Shown here: positions 50,266 through 58,316 of the stretch, piece by piece
How the letters are laid out: each line of letters starts with the position of its first letter
How positions within the stretch are numbered: position 1 is the stretch's first letter
Assembly: GCA_048291645.1 (NCBI GenBank)
Contig: DBEZXT010000099.1
Location: 129-64,128, forward strand
Direction of reading: 5' to 3'
Origin: Collinsella aerofaciens
GTDB taxonomy: Bacteria; Actinomycetota; Coriobacteriia; Coriobacteriales; Coriobacteriaceae
Length of the DNA stretch: 64,000 bases
Made by a program: the position numbers and the translations under genes
Notes under the pieces: model-generated
Database searches by the model: none
What the model was told of the DNA's origin: nothing
Seen by the model: the letters and a program-made list of their open reading frames with translations, nothing else

Positions 50266-50728
50266 CGCACCATCTTATCCGAGCCGGGGCACGTTCGCAT
50301 AGCGTGGCGCGTGACGGTTGCAAAACCACCCCATTTGAAACAAAGGCAAAAAAGTACTTGCAAAGACGCGTTCCGACATATAAGTTGATAAAAGACCGCC
50401 GTTGCGGTTTTAAGTAGATCGAGCATATGAAGTTTGAGTTTTAGCGTGTAAGAGAAGGAAGATCGGCAAAGTACAACCCCAAACGCAATGACAACTTAAT
50501 GAGGTAACTGCCACATGTGAGGCACCCAGGGCATTGCTGTCTCGATTTTGAGCACGATGCCTTCCGCCTTGCATGGGCCGTTCCATCCCGCCCCTGCAGC
50601 AACTGCCTCACGGGCTCATTGAAAACCGCATAGCACCCCAACGTCAGCACATCACCCACGGCAAGCACATCACTCACGACAACCAACACATCAACAAACA
50701 GCACGAACATCAACCGATTGGAGAAGCT

Positions 50729-51619
50729 ATGACAAACCACCACGCTGAAGACGGCGATAAGAAAAGCATTCTGGATGCCCGCATTGAGCGAGCATATGCA
50801 AACGAATATGACGCCGCCTTTGCCGCCGCGACCATCAAGAACTACGCGTCGCTACCGCTCGCGACGATCTTGGCCGACCACCCTCAACTGCTGAAGCGCT
50901 GCACAAAGATCATGGGCGACCCCGACATTCGCAAGCTGACAGACCCCTATGCCCCAAAACGCGACAACGATTCGTACGTTCTTACCGTAGGCTGCCTAGC
51001 CCATATGCTTACGGCGCTCGACACGAAACTCAAGCTCGAATGGGAACCCGACGAGCGTCATGAACTCGAAAGCAAGCGGAACACCCTGCGCACCGCACTG
51101 TTCCTTCCGTTGGACGGCCTCAAGCGCTGCAACGTCGAGCTCAATACACAGGCGCGGCAAAAGCCCGGGACCACGGGGCAGAAAACTCCAAGACCCCATG
51201 CGGCCATCGTCGACCGCAACCGATATAACCGCATGACCGCGCACTTTTCCGCCGAGGGAGCAGCCATAAGGACGCTGATCGACCTGTTGTGCCTCCTGAG
51301 CATCAACGAGCTATTTGAGGGCTATCTCGCCCTTGTTCCCGCGACGGCACCCAAGTCGGTAGCAAAGATCATCGAGACCTGCAGACGCCAGTTTGAGCGC
51401 CATCGCAATGGCAGCGAGATGAACGCCAGCATCGCGCAGTACTACGCGGCTCATTACAAAAATGACGGATGTGCCCCTGTCGAGCATCAGCTGCGGCTCG
51501 CCTACACCACGCCCGTCGCAACGCTCCATCGCTTTGGAGCCCTTGGCGCTTGCGAGCCGCACGAACAGGCAGCCTGCCCCACAACCGAGCTCAATCTCAG
51601 GCTCGGACGAACCCTGTAG
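50729..51619 (+). CDS. Hypothetical protein
   Basis: ~296 aa ORF after GGAGA; no recognised motif. Confidence 0.6.
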   Translation: MTNHHAEDGDKKSILDARIERAYANEYDAAFAAATIKNYASLPLATILADHPQLLKRCTKIMGDPDIRKLTDPYAPKRDNDSYVLTVGCLAHMLTALDTKLKLEWEPDERHELESKRNTLRTALFLPLDGLKRCNVELNTQARQKPGTTGQKTPRPHAAIVDRNRYNRMTAHFSAEGAAIRTLIDLLCLLSINELFEGYLALVPATAPKSVAKIIETCRRQFERHRNGSEMNASIAQYYAAHYKNDGCAPVEHQLRLAYTTPVATLHRFGALGACEPHEQAACPTTELNLRLGRTL

Positions 51620-51682
51620 CCCGCCAGCCCCTCCGCGGGCAACAATCCTATTCCACAACACAACCAACAGAAAGGAGTCCTC

Positions 51683-52300
51683 ATGGACACCAATCATTCC
51701 CCCATCATCAGCCCCCTCACCATGCGTGAATCCGCCCGAGGTATCACGCTCACCAGCATTTACGATGAGATGCTCGCCCGTCGCGAGCTCTCCGTCATGG
51801 GAAACATCGAAACCCCGATGGCCCACGACCTATGCCAGCAGATTCGTCTGCTCGATGCCACCGACCCCAGCCGCCCCATCACCATATTTGTCGCCAGCGC
51901 CGGCGGAAGCGTGCGATCGGGTCTTGCGATCTATGACGCCATGCGCCTCGCATCGTGCCCCATCCGCACCGTCTGCCTGGAATTCGCCGCGTCCATGGGC
52001 GCCGTGATCTTTATGGGCGGCGACGATCGCCGTATGGCGCCCCATGCAGAGCTCATGATTCACGACCCGCTGATCCCCCAGGGGGCAGGCGGCTCGGCAC
52101 TTGCGCTGCAGGAAACCAGCCGGCGTCTCATGCAGACCCGCAAGACCCTCACGCAAATCCTCTCGGACCGCAGCGGCCTCACGCCCAAGCGCATCCAGTC
52201 CCTCACCGCAAAAGACACCTACCTTTCGGCCGAGCGCGCCGTCGAGCTCGGCTTTGCCCACGAAATTCTCTCGACCACCAAGGAGGTCGCCCATGTCTAA
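51683..52300 (+). CDS. ClpP-family serine protease
   Basis: S.GGSV..GLAIYDAM, AASMGA (Ser), MIHDP (His), KDTYLSA..A..LG (Asp); RBS AAAGGAG. Confidence 0.9.
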   Translation: MDTNHSPIISPLTMRESARGITLTSIYDEMLARRELSVMGNIETPMAHDLCQQIRLLDATDPSRPITIFVASAGGSVRSGLAIYDAMRLASCPIRTVCLEFAASMGAVIFMGGDDRRMAPHAELMIHDPLIPQGAGGSALALQETSRRLMQTRKTLTQILSDRSGLTPKRIQSLTAKDTYLSAERAVELGFAHEILSTTKEVAHV

Positions 52301-53597
52301 CCTCACCAGCCGCCTCGCCGCATCTGAGTCCGCATCGTCCACCATCCTCGCCAAGGATCGAATGCTTTCCTGCGACACCCGCCAAACGGGACTCAACAAC
52401 AACGCACTTGTGATCGGCCCCTCGGGAGCCGGCAAGACCCGAAACGTCCTCAAGCCCAACCTGCTGCAAATGAACGCAAGCTACATCGTGCTCGACACCA
52501 AAGGCACGCTCTGTCGCGAAGTGGGACCCGTGCTGGCAGCCCACGGCTACCGCGTGCAATGTCTCAACTTCGCCGACCTCAACACCGTCCCGGCCCTTGT
52601 GCCCGGCATCGAGCGCTGCGGCTACAACCCCCTGAGGCACATTCGCCGCAAGGCGGACGGCAGGCCCAACCAGCAGGACATCCTCTCGGTGGCAAAGGCC
52701 ATCTGCCCCATCGAGGACAACAACCAGCCTTTTTGGGATCATGCGGCGGCAAACCTGCTGTCGTGTCTTATCGCCTACGTCACCGAACAGCTACCCGCCG
52801 ACGAGCAGACGATCAGCTCGGTCATCAAGCTGATCGAGCACCTGCAGGACGGTGCCACGGGTCGATTGTTTGACGACCTGATCACGACCGACCCCCAAAG
52901 CTATGCCCTCTCGCTATGGCGGCGCTACGCCATTACGCAAAATGCCGAGCGCATGCACGCGAGCATCGTCGGCATCCTTGCCGAAAAGGTCATGTGTCTG
53001 GGATTCGACGGTGCGGCACAGCTCTATCGTGAGTGCCATCAGGTGGACTTCGCTTCCATGAGACACACCCCCTGCGCCCTGTTTGTAACCGTGAGCGATA
53101 TTGACCGCAATCTCGATCCGCTGACCGGCCTCTTTATTTCGCAGGCGTTTATGGGCCTCATTCGTGAGGCCGATAGGCAGCCCGACGGCAGCCTGCCCGT
53201 GCCCGTGCGCTTTATGCTCGATGACTTCGCAAATCTGCAGATCCCCCAGATCGACAACGTGCTCTCGATTATCCGAAGCCGCAACATCTGGGCAACGCTG
53301 CTGCTGCAGTCGACCAACCAGCTCGATGCGCTCTATGGCGAGGCACGCGCACGCTCCATCATGGGCAACTGCGACACGCATCTGGTGCTGGCGTTCCAGG
53401 ATCCCGAGAGTGCCCGGGTGTTTTCCGACCGCGCCGACGCGCTGCCCAGCACACTCATGGCGACGCCGATTGATTGCTCGTGGCTCTTTGTACGCGGTCG
53501 CACTCCCGAACAGGTCGAGCGCTTTAGGCTCGAAGACCATCCGCTCTACGGGGAGCTGCCCGAGGCGCAGCGAGGCCATGCGGAGGCCAAGATCTAA
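52293..53597 (+). CDS. VirD4/TraG-like ATPase lacking membrane anchor
   Basis: NALVIGPSGAGKTR..LKPNL, D.KG.L, YNPL, PFW, FMLDDFAN, RSRNI...LQS..QL...YG; RBS AAGGAGG; overlaps clpP stop. Confidence 0.88.
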   Translation: MSNLTSRLAASESASSTILAKDRMLSCDTRQTGLNNNALVIGPSGAGKTRNVLKPNLLQMNASYIVLDTKGTLCREVGPVLAAHGYRVQCLNFADLNTVPALVPGIERCGYNPLRHIRRKADGRPNQQDILSVAKAICPIEDNNQPFWDHAAANLLSCLIAYVTEQLPADEQTISSVIKLIEHLQDGATGRLFDDLITTDPQSYALSLWRRYAITQNAERMHASIVGILAEKVMCLGFDGAAQLYRECHQVDFASMRHTPCALFVTVSDIDRNLDPLTGLFISQAFMGLIREADRQPDGSLPVPVRFMLDDFANLQIPQIDNVLSIIRSRNIWATLLLQSTNQLDALYGEARARSIMGNCDTHLVLAFQDPESARVFSDRADALPSTLMATPIDCSWLFVRGRTPEQVERFRLEDHPLYGELPEAQRGHAEAKI

Positions 53598-53671
53598 GCG
53601 CAGGGTTCTCGCAGCGCGCGGCGCCCCGGCGATGTTCCACAAAGGCCGTGCGCCCCGGGACCACGGCAAAG

Positions 53672-53706
53672 CAAAGGGGCCCGCATCCGATAGGATACGG
53701 GCCCCT
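53672..53706. terminator. pgi terminator
   Basis: AGGGGCCCGCATCC/GGATACGGGCCCCT hairpin. Confidence 0.75.
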
Positions 53707-53738
53707 GACTATAAGACGCGATGCGTTAACAGCAGCGA

Positions 53739-55433
53739 CTACTTGCGGTGAGCGCGGTAGAACTCAATGAGCGCCTGGGTCGAAGCGTCCTGCTCGGCCT
53801 TGGCGGCGTCATCGTGGAAGGCAGGGGTGATCTGCTTGGCAAGCTGCTTACCCAGCTCAACGCCCCACTGGTCATAGGAGTCGATGCCCCAGACCGTGCC
53901 CTCGACAAACGTGATGTGCTCGTACAGGGCGATGAGCTCGCCGAGCGCGAACGGGGTCAGCGTGTCACCGAAGATCGAGGTCGTCGGACGGTTGCCCTCA
54001 AAGCAGCGGGCCGGGACGATCTGCTCGGGCGTGCCCTCGGCGCGCACCTCATCGGCCGTCTTACCAAAGGCGAGCGCCTTGGTCTGGGCCAGGAAGTTGC
54101 CCAGGAACAGCTCGTGGACATCCTGGCCGCTGTCGGTTGCGGGGTTAGCAGTGTTGGCGAAGGCGATAAAGTCGGCCGGAACCACCACAGTGCCCTGGTG
54201 CAGCAGCTGATAGAAGGCATGCTGGCCGTTGGTGCCGGGCTCACCCCAGAAGATCTCACCGGTATCGGAGGTCACAGCGCTGCCGTCCCAGCGGACGTGC
54301 TTGCCGTTGGACTCCATGGTGAGCTGCTGCAGGTAGGCCGGGAAGCGGTGCAGATACTGGCAGTACGGAAGCACGGCGTGGCTCTTGGAGCCGAAGAAGT
54401 TGACGTACCAGACGTTGAGCAGGCCCATCAGCGCGACGGCGTTGCTCTCGAGCGGCGTGTTGCAGAAGTACTCGTCGATGGCGTGGAAGCCCTCGAGGAA
54501 CTGCTGGAAGCGCTCGGGGCCGAACACGACGATCAGCGACAGGCCCACGGCGGAGTCGACGGAGTAGCGGCCGCCGACCCAGCTCCAGAAGCCGAAGGCG
54601 TTGGCGGGGTCGATACCGAAGGCCTCGACCTTCTCGAGTGCGGTGGAAACGGCGACGAAGTGCTTTGCCACGGCCTCGGCGTTCTGCTCCTCGGAGCCGT
54701 CGATGGCGCCCTGGGCCTTGAGCTGCTCGAGCATCCAGGTCTTGACCTCGCGGGCGTTGGTGAGGGTCTCGAGCGTGGTGAAGGTCTTGGAGACGATGAT
54801 CACGAGCGTGGTCTCGGGATCCAAGCCCTTGAGCTTCTCGGCCTGGTCGTTGGGGTCGATGTTGGAGATGTAGCGGCAGTCGATACCGGCGTCGGCATAG
54901 GGACGCAGAGCCTCGTAAGCCATGACCGGGCCCAAATCGGAGCCGCCGATGCCGATGGACACCAGGTGCTCGATCTTTTTGCCGGTAACACCCTTCCACT
55001 CACCGGAGCGCACGCGCTCGGCGAAGGCATACATGCGGTCCAGGACCTCGTGCACGTCGGCGACGACGTCCTGGCCGTCGACGATGAGCTGGCCCTTCTC
55101 GCTTGCCGGGCGGCGCAGCGCGGTGTGCAGGACGGCGCGGTCCTCGGTGGTGTTGATGTGCTCGCCGGAGAACATGGCGTCGCGGCGCTCCTCGAGCTTC
55201 ACCTCGCGGGCAAGATCGCACAGCAGCTTGACGGTCTCATCGGTCACCAGGTTCTTCGACAGATCGAAGTGCAGGTCACCGGCGTCAAAGCTCAGCTTGT
55301 TCACGCGGTCGGCGTCAGCAGCGAACCAGGCCTTGAGGTCGATACCTTCGGCCTCGAGCTTCTCCTGATGAGCCTCGAGCGCCTTCCAAGCGGCAGTCGA
55401 CGTAGCATCGATAGGTGCGGCAACAGTTGCCAT
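53739..55433 (-). CDS. pgi: Glucose-6-phosphate isomerase
   Basis: [48 protein letters not shown]. Confidence 0.97.
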   Translation of the reverse strand: MATVAAPIDATSTAAWKALEAHQEKLEAEGIDLKAWFAADADRVNKLSFDAGDLHFDLSKNLVTDETVKLLCDLAREVKLEERRDAMFSGEHINTTEDRAVLHTALRRPASEKGQLIVDGQDVVADVHEVLDRMYAFAERVRSGEWKGVTGKKIEHLVSIGIGGSDLGPVMAYEALRPYADAGIDCRYISNIDPNDQAEKLKGLDPETTLVIIVSKTFTTLETLTNAREVKTWMLEQLKAQGAIDGSEEQNAEAVAKHFVAVSTALEKVEAFGIDPANAFGFWSWVGGRYSVDSAVGLSLIVVFGPERFQQFLEGFHAIDEYFCNTPLESNAVALMGLLNVWYVNFFGSKSHAVLPYCQYLHRFPAYLQQLTMESNGKHVRWDGSAVTSDTGEIFWGEPGTNGQHAFYQLLHQGTVVVPADFIAFANTANPATDSGQDVHELFLGNFLAQTKALAFGKTADEVRAEGTPEQIVPARCFEGNRPTTSIFGDTLTPFALGELIALYEHITFVEGTVWGIDSYDQWGVELGKQLAKQITPAFHDDAAKAEQDASTQALIEFYRAHRK

Positions 55434-55558
55434 AGAGTCCTCCTCAGCATACGGGCGCACGCCTCCATGCGCCCGGACATTCAGATGCCACTATTCTAGC
55501 GCAGGTCAAGACTACAATCAGCGAGCGTTGCCAATCGGCCCCCAAACGGCAACCGATT

Positions 55559-55628
55559 AAAAAGGGACAGGCTTATTTTGGCAGGTCAAACGCTTTACCA
55601 ACCAAAAATAACCCGTCCTTTTATGGCA
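55559..55628. repeat. Inverted pair of REP-like elements
   Basis: AAAAGGGACAGGCTTATTTTGGCAGGT and ACCAACCAAAAATAACCCGTCCTTTT, same family as 3417-3451. Confidence 0.6.
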
Positions 55629-55632
55629 AATA

Positions 55633-56208
55633 TTAGGCCGCGGCGCAGATGCTACCGAGCAACTCACGCAGAGGAGACCCGATGCCCTCCAGCAGTTCGG
55701 GCGCGATAATGGCAAAAACGGGAACCTCACCGGTGCCCACGACAGCAGGCGCCTTGCCCTCCGAGAGAATGCATCCATAAGGGACAAAACCGTCTTCGCC
55801 GGCATCGAGCGCCGCCATGCGACGCGCGAGCTCGCGCGCAAAGCCAGCAGTATCGGCATCGCCAATCGCCAGGACAAAGTCCACGCCTTCGTCGGTCGCC
55901 AGGGCCACGGCTTCGTCGACCAGTTCGTCTCCCCCGTCGCCCTCAAACGAGCCGCAGCGGAAAAGCACACGCTCGAGTAGGGCTCGATCAAGCGAGCCAA
56001 GTGCCGCCGAAACAAGCTCATCGCGCGTATGCCTGTCACCGCCCAGCACGACCAGCGCCTTGGTGCCGCCGTAGTGAGCGACCAATCGCCCGCACCAGCG
56101 AGCCACGTCTCCATCCGCAACAAGGCGCGTCGGCATACCAAACCCATAGTTGACCATCTTTCCCACAACCCTTCCATGCGCATAGGCGGTATCAATCGTT
56201 AGGCTCAT
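55633..56208 (-). CDS. Short protein resembling the N-terminal domain of iron-containing alcohol dehydrogenases
   Basis: FGMPTRLV, KALVV.GG, VDFVLAIG, P.FAI..PELL; lacks metal-binding C-terminal domain. Confidence 0.55.
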   Translation of the reverse strand: MSLTIDTAYAHGRVVGKMVNYGFGMPTRLVADGDVARWCGRLVAHYGGTKALVVLGGDRHTRDELVSAALGSLDRALLERVLFRCGSFEGDGGDELVDEAVALATDEGVDFVLAIGDADTAGFARELARRMAALDAGEDGFVPYGCILSEGKAPAVVGTGEVPVFAIIAPELLEGIGSPLRELLGSICAAA

Positions 56209-56284
56209 GCTACGAAGCGAGCTTTTCCGAGCTGTTTCGCGCTCTTTAGAGCTGCGTTAAAACCCAATCCAACCGCACGACCAT

Positions 56285-56319
56285 ACCTACCAAAACAAAC
56301 CAGTCCCTTTTTGACAGGT
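56285..56319. repeat. REP-like element
   Basis: ACCTACCAAAACAAACCAGTCCCTTTTTGACAGGT. Confidence 0.7.
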
Positions 56320-56349
56320 TTTGACGATGTCCGTGCAAGCGGGTATTAT

Positions 56350-56380
56350 CGAACAGGTATTCGATAAGAACATGTGTTTG
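56350..56380 (+). promoter_or_regulatory. Tandem LexA boxes
   Basis: CGAAC-aggt-ATTCG and AGAAC-atgt-GTTTG, upstream of Y-family polymerase. Confidence 0.65.
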
Positions 56381-56392
56381 ATGGGAGGACGT

Positions 56393-57898
56393 GTGGCGCA
56401 CGAGCAGCACACCTACATCTGCATCGACCTCAAGACGTTTTATGCCAGCGTTGAGTGCGTCGATCGTGGGCTCGATCCGCTTACCACCAACCTGGTCGTT
56501 GCCGACGAATCGCGCGGGCGCACGACCATCTGCCTCGCCATCACGCAGGCCATGAAGGACCTCGGGATACACAACCGCTGCCGTCTGTTCGAAATTCCCA
56601 ACGGCATCGACTACATCAAGGCCGTACCGCGCATGCAGCACTACATGGAGGTGTCGGCTCAAATCTACGGTATCTATCTGGAATACGTGAGTCCGCAAGA
56701 CGTGCACGTCTACTCCATCGACGAATGCTTTATCGACGTGACGCCCTATCTAGACCTCTACCATACCAATGCCAAAGGCTTCGCCTGCATGTTGCGCGAT
56801 GAGGTCCTCGCGCGCACCGGCATCACGGCGACGGTCGGCATCGGCCCCAACCTATTCCAGGCCAAGGTAGCGCTCGACATCACTGCCAAGCACGTACCCA
56901 GCCGCATCGGCATACTCGACGACGAGACCTTTCGAAAGGAGATCTGGCCCCATCGTCCCATCACCGACATCTGGGGCATCGGACCCGGCGTGGCAGCACG
57001 ACTCGAAAAATACGGCGCCTACGATCTGATGGGCGTCGCGGCGCTCGACGAAAACCTGCTTTACGACGAGCTCGGCGTCAATGCCGAGTATCTCATCGAC
57101 CACGCCTTCGGACGCGAGCCGACAACCATCGCCGATATCCAAGCCTATCGCCCGCAGGCAACCTCAACCACCACAGGACAGGTGCTCTCGAAGAGCTATG
57201 CCTACGAGCAGGCCTACACCGTCTTGCGCGAGATGGTCGACAGTGCCGTGCTGGACTTAGTCGATAAGCACGTGGTGTGTGACAGCATCTCGCTCTTTGT
57301 GGGCTACGCAAGCGAGCGCGCCGACATACGCCGTCTCGACGCCAGCGGTACGGCGCAGTATATAGACGGATGCGGACACCTGCGCTCGAGCACGTCGAGC
57401 ATCGAACCCACCGCAACCGCCGGCCCCGAGCTCGCACCCCGTGCGCCCAAGCCCGTCCAGCGCGATGACGAACGCCGACGTTTGGTGCGAGAGGCACAGG
57501 CGATTGACGGCATCTTTGTGGGCGAACACGGCGGCAAGCCGCGTGGTGGCTATGCCGCGCTCTTTGCGCACTCCAATGCCTCGCGCAAGCTGCCCGAGCG
57601 CACCAATTCGTTTAAGAAGATCATGGGCTATTTCGATGAGCTCTGGGCGCAGACTGTCGATCCCAAACGACCGGTCAAGCGTATCAATCTGGGATTTGGC
57701 AACCTCATGCCCGAGGAATTTGCCACCATCGATCTATTCAGCGACGTCGAGGCCGATGAGCGCGAGCGCGACCTGGCGCGCGCCGTCCTGGCCGTGAAAG
57801 GCAAGTACGGCAAGAACGCGCTCGTCAAGGGATTAAGCTTTACCGCCGGCGCCACCGCGCGCGAGCGCAACGATCAAGTTGGAGGACACCGTGCCTAA
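56393..57898 (+). CDS. Y-family DNA polymerase (UmuC/UvrX/ImpB-like)
   Basis: CIDLKTFYASVEC, PRM..Y, YSIDECFID, AKVALD, WGIG; RBS GGAGG and GTG start. Confidence 0.92.
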   Translation: MAHEQHTYICIDLKTFYASVECVDRGLDPLTTNLVVADESRGRTTICLAITQAMKDLGIHNRCRLFEIPNGIDYIKAVPRMQHYMEVSAQIYGIYLEYVSPQDVHVYSIDECFIDVTPYLDLYHTNAKGFACMLRDEVLARTGITATVGIGPNLFQAKVALDITAKHVPSRIGILDDETFRKEIWPHRPITDIWGIGPGVAARLEKYGAYDLMGVAALDENLLYDELGVNAEYLIDHAFGREPTTIADIQAYRPQATSTTTGQVLSKSYAYEQAYTVLREMVDSAVLDLVDKHVVCDSISLFVGYASERADIRRLDASGTAQYIDGCGHLRSSTSSIEPTATAGPELAPRAPKPVQRDDERRRLVREAQAIDGIFVGEHGGKPRGGYAALFAHSNASRKLPERTNSFKKIMGYFDELWAQTVDPKRPVKRINLGFGNLMPEEFATIDLFSDVEADERERDLARAVLAVKGKYGKNALVKGLSFTAGATARERNDQVGGHRA

Positions 57899-58316
57899 AC
57901 CCAAACAACAGCCCATGCGCCCGCCGACCGCCTTCGAGCGCCTGGCGGACCCCGAGGGCAGACGCCGCGCAGCCGACCCCAACCTCACTGCCAACGGTGC
58001 CGTGCGCGCCAACCGCGCCGCACAGTTTATGCCCTTTGCCGCCCTCACGGGATACTACGAACTCGTGCGCAAGCAGGAAATCACCGTCGAGCAAAAACGT
58101 GAGCTCACGGAAGAAAAAGCCCTCGAGCTTTCGCAAAAGCTCGAGGGCCTCAAACGCGGCGACTTGGTGCGCGTCACCTATTACGATACGTACGGCTATC
58201 GTAGCCGCACGGGCATTCTCGACGAAGCGTTACCCGCATTCAAGCTGCTCAAACTCAGGGATATCGCCATCAACTTCGACGATATCCAGGACATTGAGCT
58301 ACGCGGACGAGCCTAG
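57891..58316 (+). CDS. YolD-like protein
   Basis: RAAQFMPFAALTGY motif; coupled to Y-polymerase. Confidence 0.85.
   Translation: MPKPKQQPMRPPTAFERLADPEGRRRAADPNLTANGAVRANRAAQFMPFAALTGYYELVRKQEITVEQKRELTEEKALELSQKLEGLKRGDLVRVTYYDTYGYRSRTGILDEALPAFKLLKLRDIAINFDDIQDIELRGRA

Larger units (their letters stand above)
50234..53768. mobile_element. Integrated element or remnant at the pgi 3' end
   Basis: Bounded by a 32-bp direct repeat; three co-oriented cargo genes; no integrase. Confidence 0.75.

Noticed and set aside
50270..50520. Integrase remnant or small ORF next to the att-like repeat
   Set aside because: Only very short ORFs (e.g. MKFEF*) and no recombinase motifs
50640..50720. CRISPR-like array
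   Set aside because: Repeats are short, degenerate and adjacent, with no unique spacers and no cas genes
52101..52292. N-terminal extension of the VirD4-like ORF
   Set aside because: It overlaps clpP; AAGGAGG supports ATG at 52293
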